From: Minisyncoccota bacterium
GTDB lineage: Bacteria; Patescibacteriota; Minisyncoccia; Phycocordibacterales; UBA2100
Direction of reading: 5' to 3'
Assembly: GCA_031291875.1 (NCBI GenBank)
Contig: JARLIE010000165.1
Span: 1,119 to 65,118 of the forward strand
DNA length: 64,000 bases
A model generated the notes under the pieces. That model was given only the letters and a program-made list of their open reading frames with translations, ran no database searches and was not told the origin of the DNA. Positions 56,062 to 64,000 of the stretch are shown one piece after another. The translations under genes and the position numbers were made by a program. Within the stretch, counting starts at the first letter, position 1; each line of letters begins with the position of its first letter.

Positions 56062-56075
56062 GCTATAGTTCCGCT

Positions 56076-56639
56076 ATGCGAGAAATCATACCCAAGGAGC
56101 ACAACCCCGCACTTCGAAAAACGGCCCAACCGCTGTCGCCTGAAGCTATCGTAAGCGATGAGATTCGCGACCTTATTGCACAAATGCAGGCTTTGCTCGC
56201 AAAGGAGAAATACGGCGTTGCCTTGGCGGCACCACAGGTGGGCGAAGCGATACGGCTTTTTATTGTTTCAGGAAAGGCGATCGCGCGGGACTCGAGAAAC
56301 GCTCCTGATGAGCCGGAAAGCGAAAATGAAGTTGACGAGTCGGACGACGAGTCCTCGATTCCGGATCAGGTGTATATCAATCCCGAACTCATCAAGCTGT
56401 CGCGCAAACGCGTCGGCAAACACGAAGGCTGTCTTTCGATACGCGGCAAGTGGGGCATCGTTCCCCGAGCCGAGAAAGCAACCATTCGCGCATACGACGA
56501 GGAGGGCCGGCGTTTTACTCGAGGTGCTTCGGGATTTTTGGCACACGTATTCCAGCATGAGATGGATCACCTCGACGGCGTCCTGTATATCGACAAGGCG
56601 ACGGAACTGTACGACGATGAACCGGACGATGAAAACTAA
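56076..56639 (+). CDS. def: Peptide deformylase.
   Basis: GVALAAPQVG, EGCLS, HEMDHLDG motifs. Start taken at the internal ATG at 56076; the ORF's upstream extension overlaps the terminator structure. Confidence 0.88.
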   Translation: MREIIPKEHNPALRKTAQPLSPEAIVSDEIRDLIAQMQALLAKEKYGVALAAPQVGEAIRLFIVSGKAIARDSRNAPDEPESENEVDESDDESSIPDQVYINPELIKLSRKRVGKHEGCLSIRGKWGIVPRAEKATIRAYDEEGRRFTRGASGFLAHVFQHEMDHLDGVLYIDKATELYDDEPDDEN

Positions 56640-57405
56640 CCCTCGCTTTGTATTTTTTGGTACCGCGCCGCTTGCCTCCGGTGTCCTTTCGGAACTCGCG
56701 CAAGCTGGTTTTGTGCCGGAGCGAATCGTGGAATCCGCCAAAATACAGCCCGAATTCGTCGATGAGCTCTCGAAAGAATCTTGGGATGTTTTCGTTGTCG
56801 CTTCGTTCGGCAAAATCTTGCCCAAGCGGCTCATAGAACTCCCGAAACACGGCACACTCAACGTGCATCCTTCCCTTTTGCCAAGACTGCGCGGTGCTTC
56901 ACCTATGCGCTCAGCGATACTTACCGACGAGCGCGAGACCGGCGTATCGGTCATGCTTTTGGATGAACAAATGGATCACGGCCCGCTCCTCGCTCAAAAA
57001 AAGATCCTCGTTGAGCCTTGGCCGCCGCGCGGACGGGAACTCGACGAACGATTAGCCCACGAGGGTGGCAAATTACTCGCGCAAGTACTGCCGCTTTGGA
57101 TAGAAGGCGCAATCCAACCACAGGAGCAAAATCACGATCTCGCAACCTACTGTGTGAGATTCTCGAAAGAAGACGGTTTGCTGGACCTCAATGACGATCC
57201 GCATAAAAACCTCTTGAAGATTCGGGCTTTTGACGGCTGGCCGGGAACGTACGCGTTTTTTGAACGTTCAGGCAAAAAGATCCGCGTACAAATTCTCGAC
57301 GCGCACATCAAAGACAACGCTCTTGCGATCGATCTCGTGAAGCCAGAGGGCAAACGCGAGATGAGCTACGAAGCCTTTTTAAATTCGGGCGCAAAGCCGC
57401 TATAG
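56629..57405 (+). CDS. fmt: Methionyl-tRNA formyltransferase (short form).
   Basis: MKTNPRFVFFGT start; HPSLLPRLRG motif; overlaps the def stop by 11 nt. The first ~155 codons of the annotated 415-aa ORF are an out-of-frame overlap of def. Confidence 0.85.
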   Translation: MKTNPRFVFFGTAPLASGVLSELAQAGFVPERIVESAKIQPEFVDELSKESWDVFVVASFGKILPKRLIELPKHGTLNVHPSLLPRLRGASPMRSAILTDERETGVSVMLLDEQMDHGPLLAQKKILVEPWPPRGRELDERLAHEGGKLLAQVLPLWIEGAIQPQEQNHDLATYCVRFSKEDGLLDLNDDPHKNLLKIRAFDGWPGTYAFFERSGKKIRVQILDAHIKDNALAIDLVKPEGKREMSYEAFLNSGAKPL

Positions 57406-57420
57406 CCACATCAAGCGCAC

Positions 57421-57786
57421 TTACTCAAGTCGGAGTAAGCGCTTCGCGAGTGCGCCGCCTCGGCGCCACAAGCGGTTGTGCGTCCTCTTTTCCTTGCGAA
57501 GCTGCATGAGCAATTCGTCCTTGGCATTGTCGATTGCCGCGTTAACGGAAGGTTCATGGTTGTGAGCAACAAGTCTCGCCGATCCGGGCCGAACGAGCTG
57601 AATTTCGGCAAAATACTGATATTCACTGTGCTTATGGTGGCCGGTAGCGCGACCGAGCTCGACCTCCAAACGAGACTGGGTGGCGTCTAGGCCCAGCGAC
57701 TTTTCAACCTGCGCAAGCTTATCGTCCAAATAATCGGAAACCTCGGGAGTCATCTGATAATCGGTAGTTTTGACTCGTAGATCCAT
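57421..57786 (-). CDS. hpf: Ribosome hibernation promoting factor / RaiA family.
   Basis: MDLRVKTTDYQMTPEVSDYLDDKL... (YfiA/HPF fold). The ORF extends to 57987. Confidence 0.8.
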   Translation of the reverse strand: MDLRVKTTDYQMTPEVSDYLDDKLAQVEKSLGLDATQSRLEVELGRATGHHKHSEYQYFAEIQLVRPGSARLVAHNHEPSVNAAIDNAKDELLMQLRKEKRTHNRLWRRGGALAKRLLRLE

Positions 57787-57868
57787 AACGACAGTATACC
57801 TGAGAGAATTGCGAGAAACCTGTGAATATGAAAAGCCTCCGCGCGTGCGCGGAGGCCTTCGTGAAAGA

Positions 57869-58279
57869 TCAGAATCGCCAGAAGCGGCGTCCTCTGTGCT
57901 GGCGTTCGCACGACGTCGTCCGAAAGACTTCGCCGAGGAAATCGATGAGATCCATTTCTTGAGGTTTGAGACACGTCTCGTCCTCAAGCACTTCGAGCTC
58001 GACGCGAAAAGTATGAATGTTCGCGTTGCGATTCATTCGCTTGACCTGCAAGAGCCGAACGAAACTGAACGTCAGATCGTCGCCGAGATACCCTTCGTAG
58101 ATGCCGGGCTGCGCCAGGTTGAGTATCTGATTCTCAAGTGCTTTTGCCTGCATCTCCATAGATTTTCCAGCGTCCTGAGCGACGCTCAGAGCGTTCAGTA
58201 GAGCCTGAAGTTCCTTTGCGGTCGGCAATGCATCCTTATCGTGAGAATCGAGACTTGCGAGTGTAGCACTAGGCATCAA
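57869..58279 (-). CDS. Hypothetical protein.
   Basis: 137 aa from the internal Met with an AAAGG RBS-like sequence. The upstream part of the ORF would overlap tRNA-Asn, so it was trimmed. Confidence 0.35.
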   Translation of the reverse strand: MMPSATLASLDSHDKDALPTAKELQALLNALSVAQDAGKSMEMQAKALENQILNLAQPGIYEGYLGDDLTFSFVRLLQVKRMNRNANIHTFRVELEVLEDETCLKPQEMDLIDFLGEVFRTTSCERQHRGRRFWRF

Positions 58280-58385
58280 TAGGTACCTTTCGTTGTTGCC
58301 TCTGTTTACTATACTTTCTACAGCGCCGTTTATTTCAAATCGATGGTGTGGACGGCAATTATCCGCATATCCGCAGCTGACCGAA

Positions 58386-58413
58386 TTGCCCTGCGATTTT
58401 TTTCGGCTATACT
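58386..58413 (+). promoter_or_regulatory. Promoter for tRNA-Asn (TTGCCC-16nt-TATACT).
   Basis: The -10 TATACT lies 11 nt upstream of the tRNA 5' end. A tRNA-Val upstream region carries the same -10. Confidence 0.4.
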
Positions 58414-58424
58414 CTCCCCTACAT

Positions 58425-58496
58425 TCCCCGGTGGCGCAACGGTAGCGCAGCTCCCTGTTAAGGAGTTGGTTGTAGGTTCGAATCCTACCCGGGGAG
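58425..58496 (+). tRNA. tRNA-Asn (anticodon GTT).
   Basis: Acceptor TCCCCGG/CCGGGGA, D arm GCGC AACGGTA GCGC, anticodon loop CTGTTAA, T arm GTAGG TTCGAAT CCTAC, discriminator G. No encoded CCA. Confidence 0.85.
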
Positions 58497-58500
58497 CAAA

Positions 58501-58529
58501 CTTGACAAGATAGATTACGTATTCTACAA
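58501..58529 (+). promoter_or_regulatory. Near-consensus sigma70 promoter (TTGACA-17nt-TACAAT) for the small ORF at 58569.
   Basis: cTTGACAagatagattacgtattcTACAATtac, followed by a GGAGGT RBS 6 nt before the ATG. Confidence 0.45.
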
Positions 58530-58568
58530 TTACATTTACGAGATCTTTCAAGTCTACTGGAGGTAGCA

Positions 58569-58841
58569 ATGGACATATCCATCTTCCTGAAATACCCCGG
58601 ATATAGGAAGGGACTTCGCCTTGTCATCACGGATACGAACAGCTGGCATTTCGTCTACAACACGGAGCGGAAAGAGGGGGACGAATTTTTTGATGGCGGC
58701 CATGCATCGCTCTGTGCACTTCTCAATCGATTCAGGGAAGTATTCGGGCAAGCGTTGGGTGATGAATGGTATTGTCATGTCGTCCAGCAACTATTCCGCT
58801 ATCACGTGCGAAAGGTACGACAGAAAAGAGCACGCGCGTGA
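58569..58841 (+). CDS. Small hypothetical protein (90 aa) with a strong promoter, RBS and terminator.
   Basis: RBS GGAGGT. Downstream terminator CCGCCCAC...GTTGGGCGG TTTTTTT at 58846-58885. Confidence 0.5.
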   Translation: MDISIFLKYPGYRKGLRLVITDTNSWHFVYNTERKEGDEFFDGGHASLCALLNRFREVFGQALGDEWYCHVVQQLFRYHVRKVRQKRARA

Positions 58842-59024
58842 TCGTCGACCCGCCCACGGAGCCGCTCGGCCTCGGTTGGGCGGTTTTTTTATGTTAATTT
58901 CAGTACCTGCAATTCATCGAATGCTTTTATCCAATCCACGGTTCTGAACTTGTCCAACGAAGGGAGCATATTTGACACTACTTATAATACGTGTTATTTT
59001 TAATTTGGAAAGGAGGTGATGTAA

Positions 59025-59210
59025 GTGAAAAAGAATCTTGCTGAAGTTTTGCAGCAGGACGATGTGCAATCTGAGCTTCTGTTTCATCAAGGATGCTCCG
59101 TGTACTACGCGGGCAATAAACAAGAAGCTATTCGGCTCTTTGAAGAGTCGTTGAAACTTTGTCCTGATAACCAAAACGCGAAAAGTGCACTGGAACAACT
59201 AAAAAAATAA
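59025..59210 (+). CDS. Small helical (TPR-like) protein with a GTG start.
   Basis: AGGAGGTG RBS 7 nt upstream of the GTG. 61 aa (...AIRLFEESLKLCPDNQNAKSALEQLKK). A terminator hairpin AACCTCGTCA TCTG ACGAGGTT lies downstream. Confidence 0.45.
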   Translation: MKKNLAEVLQQDDVQSELLFHQGCSVYYAGNKQEAIRLFEESLKLCPDNQNAKSALEQLKK

Positions 59211-59609
59211 ATCACATCACTACATGCGATGAGGAAATCCTTCGTCTGGCCGACCGTAAATCCGGCAAACGGCCTGAAGGGCACCACCTATGAGTGGCTA
59301 TGGCAACCCATCGTAATTTCTTTCCAACCTCGTCATCTGACGAGGTTTACTGTTTTATGAGAAATCTGGAATGCGAAAATAGTAATCTAAATTGATGATA
59401 CGGGTTCTAACGTCGTCAAAGATACGGAGCAAGTGTTTTTAAATCTCAATTGTGTAGTTTATTTTTGATGTCAATTACGGCTTCAAGTCGCGTCTAGCTA
59501 TCTATGGATGTATCTCTTCGCTATTTGGGCGTTTTTTTCCGCAGCTTTCGAGACGTACTACAACAACTCGATGTACAAGTAGGTTCCATTCCTGGTTTAC
59601 AATACAGAG

Positions 59610-59930
59610 ATGAAAACTCACGTGCACCCGCATCAGCGCAATCGCTCCGAACCGTTTCCTTCGGACAACTTCTGGCTTTGGCTGCTTGATGGCATCGTCA
59701 TGGTTGCCGGAGTGCTTGGGCCGCTGTGCACGTTACCGCAAGTTGTAATTATTTACGGAAGCCATCATGCAGCGGGCGTTTCAGTATTGACTTGGGGTCT
59801 TTATGCTATTTTGGACGTCCCGTGGATTCTGTACGGGCTGGCGCATCGACAAAAGCCTATTCTCTATAGCTACCTTTTGTGGTGCACATTTAACTCTCTC
59901 GTCGCAATCGGTGCGATTCTGTACTCGTAA
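59610..59930 (+). CDS. Small 3-TM membrane protein, possibly of the PQ-loop/SemiSWEET family.
   Basis: 106 aa with a PQ motif in TM1 (GPLCTLPQVVIIYGSHHAAGVS) and three hydrophobic helices. Confidence 0.4.
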   Translation: MKTHVHPHQRNRSEPFPSDNFWLWLLDGIVMVAGVLGPLCTLPQVVIIYGSHHAAGVSVLTWGLYAILDVPWILYGLAHRQKPILYSYLLWCTFNSLVAIGAILYS

Positions 59931-59991
59931 GACTAAAAGATAAGGCGGGAGCATTGCTCCCGCCTTGGTTGTGAACGTCCACGCTGGCCGA

Positions 59992-60306
59992 TTACTGGTT
60001 CTGCGCCGTATGATCGTTGTGATCGATCGAACTGTAGCCGGTGACGACGCCGCTGAAGCAGCCGTAACCGTTGCAGCAGGAGCACGGGCCGCCGGGATAT
60101 GTGGGAAAGCCGTAGTAACACGAGCCGATGTTGGTCGAGCAGATCCAGGCTGTCTTGTCGTTGGGATCCACCCGCTTGGGGACGGGCGTAAAATTGCGCG
60201 TCTCCGACGGCGTGAAGTTCGCCTTGATCAAGGACCCTGCTTGAGCCGAAGCCGGACCGAACGCAAACGTCGCGGCAATCAAACAAAGAACTGTCGCCCT
60301 TCTCAT
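59992..60306 (-). CDS. Secreted cysteine-rich small protein (signal peptide plus a ~80 aa mature peptide with 7 Cys).
   Basis: AAGGAG RBS 7 nt upstream of the ATG at 60306. MRRATVLCLIAATFAFGPASAQA followed by ...CSTNIGSCYYGFPTYPGGPCSCCNGYGCFSG.... Confidence 0.55.
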   Translation of the reverse strand: MRRATVLCLIAATFAFGPASAQAGSLIKANFTPSETRNFTPVPKRVDPNDKTAWICSTNIGSCYYGFPTYPGGPCSCCNGYGCFSGVVTGYSSIDHNDHTAQNQ

Positions 60307-60426
60307 TTCAGAACTCCTTATTGCCTTGAATGCGGACAATTCCGCACCCAGCGATCGTAAAGTACGTTTTATCTAAAAAAAGTCAATACCGTCTTTGTGG
60401 ACAAAATCAACGAGTAGGTTAGTCTC

Positions 60427-60993
60427 TTGGACGGTTGCACCTTACCAATGGAGGTTTCTGTGCACGCATTTCGTTGGCTCTTTCTCTCGTGCGTACTTAT
60501 GCTCGGCGGCTGTCTCCAATCTGAAGAGCGGCCGTTCTCTACCCAAGCCGGCGACGCCGTCCAAGCGGCCGGAAAATATAGTTGCAAAAACAACACAAAG
60601 ATACAGTGGCTGATTCAGCTGGAGTCAAACAAGCAGTATCAGTACGTCTGGATCCACGAAGGCGACACTTCGGCGGTCCCGATCACGTTCCACGCAACCG
60701 GAAGCGACGGCGTATACCTCGCTTCCGCGGCAAGTGCGAATACACCAGGTGAAATGTTCGCGCTCGTTAAGATTAAGCAGTCGCAAGTATCCTTCTTCTT
60801 GTTGCTCGAGGAGCAGTACAGCGGCGTTCAGCAGCTCGCGGCTCAGTACAACGTGAAGGTGGATACGAAGAACTCCTGGTCCTTCGTGCGCGGCGCCTTG
60901 AGTGATCAACGCTTGTTCCTCATGGCACTTTCGCACAACGAAAGCCTATGGACCTTCATGGACAAATGCGTTTTGGCGAGTCCGACCGAGTAG
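60427..60993 (+). CDS. Hypothetical lipoprotein.
   Basis: Lipobox LMLGGC within an N-terminal signal. 188 aa. Confidence 0.5.
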   Translation: MDGCTLPMEVSVHAFRWLFLSCVLMLGGCLQSEERPFSTQAGDAVQAAGKYSCKNNTKIQWLIQLESNKQYQYVWIHEGDTSAVPITFHATGSDGVYLASAASANTPGEMFALVKIKQSQVSFFLLLEEQYSGVQQLAAQYNVKVDTKNSWSFVRGALSDQRLFLMALSHNESLWTFMDKCVLASPTE

Positions 60994-61085
60994 CCACCTA
61001 ACGAGCCTGTCGCCATAGGCCATACTTGCTCATTAGAATAAGAACAGCCCCTCCCGGGGCTGTTTTGCTACGGTATACTTTACCC

Positions 61086-61253
61086 ATGAACGCGAAACCT
61101 CTCGTTTGGATCGGTCTCACGGTCGGATCAACGCTCGGCAGCATGATCCCTCTTTTGTGGGGTGCAGGCGAGCTCTCTTTCTCCAGTATTTTTCTCGGCG
61201 GCGTCGGCGGCGTTGCGGGAATACTTCTCGGTTACAAATATTCCGATTTCTAA
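61086..61253 (+). CDS. Small 2-TM membrane protein.
   Basis: MNAKPLVWIGLTVGSTLGSMIPLLWGAG...GGVGGVAGILLGYKY. The ORF opens at 61026. Confidence 0.35.
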   Translation: MNAKPLVWIGLTVGSTLGSMIPLLWGAGELSFSSIFLGGVGGVAGILLGYKYSDF

Positions 61254-61362
61254 CAAAACGCCGTGTTTTCCAGAGACCAGAGAGTAGTCAAATCGAATCT
61301 AGTGAGTGTTATGTGAATATGTCGCCGTATTCTTCCAGAAAATCGCGTGCTATCATCCCGCC

Positions 61363-62208
61363 ATGCTTAGCTTGGTGCAGGCTGTCGTTCTTGGCGTACT
61401 CCAAGGAGTAACGGAGCTCTTTCCGATTTCAAGCCTTGGACATAGCGTTCTCTTGCCGCATCTCTTCAGTTGGCACATCGATCAAACGAATCCACAATTC
61501 CTTGCCTTTCTCGTGGCCACACACTTCGGTACGGCACTCGTCCTGCTTATGTTCTTTTGGCAGGACTGGCTAAAGATTATTTCCGGTATTTTTCGCTCAC
61601 TCTACCAGCGCGAAGTACGCGAAGACGATACCTACGCAAAAATCGGTTGGCTCTTGGTAACCGGAACCATACCCGCCGGCATTCTCGGCATTCTCCTCCA
61701 AACACAACTTCAAGCGCTTTTCGGTTCAGCGCTTCTCGTTGCGGCAGCGCTTGCCGGCAACGGCGTGATGCTGTTTGTCGCGGAGAGACTACGCGCCCGC
61801 ACTACCCAGGAAGCGTCGCACGACGATGCGATCGCTAAACTTTCTTATACGCAGGCCCTTGGCGTGGGCGCCGCACAGGCTATAGCGCTTATTCCAGGAT
61901 TTTCTCGGACGGGCGCCGCGATCGCCGGCGGTCTTTTGGCGGGCCTCTCACACGAAAACGCGGCCCGCTTCGGCTTTCTTCTCGCAACACCGATTATCTT
62001 TGCCGCCGCAGTCTTAAATGCCCCGCAATTGATTTATGGAGGTTCAGATTTCATCAAAACCACTCTTCTGGGGGCGTGCTGCGCCGCGATCGCGGCTTAC
62101 ATCTCGGTTCGTTTTCTAACCGAGTATTTCAAGACAAAAACACTCACCCCCTTTGCTGTCTATTGCTTTCTTGCGGGAGTAGCCGCGTGTATCGCGCTTG
62201 TGCGTTAA
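61363..62208 (+). CDS. uppP: Undecaprenyl-diphosphatase (UppP/BacA).
   Basis: LGVLQGVTELFPISSLGH (N-terminal SxxH region) and PGFSRTG (the PGxSRSG motif). Confidence 0.85.
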   Translation: MLSLVQAVVLGVLQGVTELFPISSLGHSVLLPHLFSWHIDQTNPQFLAFLVATHFGTALVLLMFFWQDWLKIISGIFRSLYQREVREDDTYAKIGWLLVTGTIPAGILGILLQTQLQALFGSALLVAAALAGNGVMLFVAERLRARTTQEASHDDAIAKLSYTQALGVGAAQAIALIPGFSRTGAAIAGGLLAGLSHENAARFGFLLATPIIFAAAVLNAPQLIYGGSDFIKTTLLGACCAAIAAYISVRFLTEYFKTKTLTPFAVYCFLAGVAACIALVR

Positions 62209-62426
62209 GCGCGTTTAGGGCCCGAGGTAAACCAGGCAACCACCAGTAGCGCAAGGCCGAGAATCAGGCTTGCCAATCCATGCTTAAAGTGAGCCACCAA
62301 TACACCGGCCTCATAGCCGGGCATAAAGGTTGCGAGCGATCCTGCCGGTGTCATCCAGTAATAGATAGCAACGGCAATAAAAACGATACCGAGGACTGCC
62401 GAACCCCAAACAAAAGTCTTGTTCAT
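62205..62426 (-). CDS. Small 2-TM membrane protein.
   Basis: 73 aa from the internal Met MNKTFVWGSAVLGIVFIAVAIYYW... Confidence 0.35.
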   Translation of the reverse strand: MNKTFVWGSAVLGIVFIAVAIYYWMTPAGSLATFMPGYEAGVLVAHFKHGLASLILGLALLVVAWFTSGPKRA

Positions 62427-62538
62427 AAAGCGATAATACCACGCAGTGCACCGTTTTTTGCGGTTTTCCACAAGAAAGGAACATTTCCGTACCCCGACCG
62501 CAAGAACCCGAAATATGCCTGCGTGGTACCATGCCTCT

Positions 62539-63948
62539 ATGGCCAAAGAGACCCCGCGGCAGACTAATCCCCTACGTGTACCCCCGCATGATATTGAAAT
62601 GGAGAAAGCGCTGCTCGGCGCCTTGATGCTCTCGCAAAACGCGATGTACGAAACGGCAGATCTGGTTAGTCCAGATTCCTTTTATTCAGGTAAACATAGA
62701 ACGATTTATTCGGCGATGCTCGCCCTCCACGTAAAGAACGATCCGGTAGACGTTGTTGCAGTCACCAGCAAACTGAAAGAGCGCCAGGAACTCAAAGACG
62801 TCGGCGGCGCGGTATATCTCACTGAGATCGTCAACGCAGCCGCGTCACCAGGCAGCGCAAAGCACTACGCCGAAGTGGTGCAAAGCAAGTATGTATTTCG
62901 CACGCTGATTGAGGCGTCGCAAACAATCGGTGAGCTTGGCTTCGAGGAGCAGCGGGATGTCGAGGAAGTGCTTGATGAGGCACAGCAGGCGATCTTTGCC
63001 GTGACCCAGGCTCCCGGCATGCGCGGTTTCAAGGAGCTCAAGGCAGAACTCGGCGGCGCAATGGAGCGCGTCGAGCAATTGCAAAAACACGACGGCGGCT
63101 TGCGCGGTGTACCGACTGGCTTTCAGCAACTCGACAACCTTCTCGCGGGCCTGCAAAAATCCGACCTTATTATTCTTGCGGCTCGACCGAGTATGGGTAA
63201 AACAGCGCTCGCGCTCGATATCGCCCGTCTTACGGCAACCAAGCACAACACTCCTGTCGGCATCTTTTCGCTCGAAATGTCCTCGGATCAGCTGGTAGAC
63301 CGCATGCTCGCCGCACAAGCGGGCGTCAACGCGTGGCGCTTGCGTACCGGCAAGATAAAGAACGACGAGGAATTCGACCGTCTGCAAGACGCGCTCGGTT
63401 CCCTTTCCGAAGCACCTATCTTTATCGACGACAAGCCAGCCACCACCGTGCTCGGTATGCGCTCGGCTGCAAGACGTCTGAAGAGCGAGAGAGGCTTGAA
63501 ACTCATTATCGTAGACTACTTGCAGCTGATTACGCCGACGGCCATGCGCTCGGACACTTCTCTTGTCCAGCAAATCACGGAAATTTCTCGCTCGCTCAAG
63601 GCCATGGCGCGCGAACTTGAAGTCCCAGTCCTTGCGCTCTCGCAGCTCTCTCGCGCCGTCGAGCAGCGTGGCGGTCGTCCGCGCCTCTCAGACCTTCGCG
63701 ACTCCGGTTCGATCGAGCAGGATGCCGACGTCGTTATGTTCATCCACCGCGAGGACATGGTGGGCAACCGTGCTGCAAACGAGAAGAACAATATTGCTGA
63801 GATTTTAGTCGAGAAACACCGTAACGGCCCTATCGGCAAAGTCGATCTGTTCTTCGATGACGAAAAGACGACCTTCAAGCCGATCGACAAGAGCGACTTT
63901 GCCGATTTTGTGACGCAGGGAACCGTCGAGGGCGATGCGCCGTTTTGA
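62539..63948 (+). CDS. dnaB: Replicative DNA helicase DnaB.
   Basis: An N-terminal DnaG-interaction domain (PHDIEMEKALLGALM), Walker A ARPSMGKTALAL, and the RecA-like fold with LIIVDYLQL. The ORF opens at 62446. Confidence 0.9.
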   Translation: MAKETPRQTNPLRVPPHDIEMEKALLGALMLSQNAMYETADLVSPDSFYSGKHRTIYSAMLALHVKNDPVDVVAVTSKLKERQELKDVGGAVYLTEIVNAAASPGSAKHYAEVVQSKYVFRTLIEASQTIGELGFEEQRDVEEVLDEAQQAIFAVTQAPGMRGFKELKAELGGAMERVEQLQKHDGGLRGVPTGFQQLDNLLAGLQKSDLIILAARPSMGKTALALDIARLTATKHNTPVGIFSLEMSSDQLVDRMLAAQAGVNAWRLRTGKIKNDEEFDRLQDALGSLSEAPIFIDDKPATTVLGMRSAARRLKSERGLKLIIVDYLQLITPTAMRSDTSLVQQITEISRSLKAMARELEVPVLALSQLSRAVEQRGGRPRLSDLRDSGSIEQDADVVMFIHREDMVGNRAANEKNNIAEILVEKHRNGPIGKVDLFFDDEKTTFKPIDKSDFADFVTQGTVEGDAPF

Positions 63949-64000
63949 TTTGATCCATGCCGGACCCTATCGAGCGTCTCACAGCTCTCTTTGAAAAGTT

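Noticed and set aside
56158-56628. The N-terminal 157 codons of the annotated 415-aa ORF 56158..57405.
   Set aside because: This part overlaps def in another frame. The real fmt starts at the ATG at 56629 (MKTNPRF...), matching Fmt N-termini.
1-64000. CRISPR arrays, rRNA genes, reverse transcriptases/retrons, and toxin-antitoxin pairs.
   Set aside because: No regularly spaced direct repeats, no rRNA-like conserved stretches, no RT motifs (YxDD) and no obvious small paired TA ORFs were seen on manual inspection.

Overview
The window is a gene-dense, ~55% GC bacterial chromosomal segment. Most genes lie on the minus strand, and many adjacent genes overlap by 4 nt (ATGA-type stop/start overlaps). 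The core content is housekeeping. The cell-envelope genes are murG, ftsW, mraY, a D-Ala-D-Ala carboxypeptidase, mltG, a PBP2 transpeptidase, mreB-mreC-mreD plus a second mreB paralog, and uppP. Chromosome segregation is represented by scpA and scpB. Translation genes include the infA-rpmJ-rpsM-rpsK-rpsD-rpoA-rplQ-rplM-rpsI ribosomal cluster, frr, def-fmt, hpf, and four aminoacyl-tRNA synthetases: aspS (archaeal-type), trpS, proS (short) and alaS (truncated). Also present are the grpE-dnaK-dnaJ chaperone operon, greA, cspA, a DEAD-box helicase, rseP, holB, dnaB, and five tRNAs (Val-CAC, Pro-CGG, Pro-GGG, Ala-CGC, Asn-GTT), none with an encoded CCA. The minimal aminoacyl-tRNA synthetases, the lack of ribosome-binding sites and the tight gene overlaps are compatible with a reduced-genome lineage (CPR/Patescibacteria-like); this is inference only. 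Several regions are not housekeeping. (1) A six-gene cassette lies directly downstream of dnaJ: a small membrane protein, a HisC-like aminotransferase, a PaaK/F390-synthetase-like adenylating enzyme, an N-terminally extended E1-like ThiF protein, a tandem nitroreductase-fold protein and a multi-TM orphan histidine kinase. This is the best candidate for an undescribed modification or biosynthesis and sensing system. (2) A ~5.8 kb low-GC islet between a tRNA-Pro pair and tRNA-Ala carries a large serine recombinase, an OmpR-type winged-helix regulator with a palindromic operator, and three secreted or membrane proteins. (3) A DNA repair and defense operon encodes ung, a mini O6-alkylguanine alkyltransferase, a Cas4-like Fe-S PD-(D/E)xK nuclease, MgtC, and an ATP-cone domain fused to a restriction-endonuclease fold. 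(4) An AT-rich accessory patch holds small genes with near-consensus promoters, including a secreted cysteine-rich peptide and a SemiSWEET-like protein. (5) Two candidate small RNAs or leaders with promoter and terminator signatures lie near def. No CRISPR array, rRNA, or reverse transcriptase was seen.
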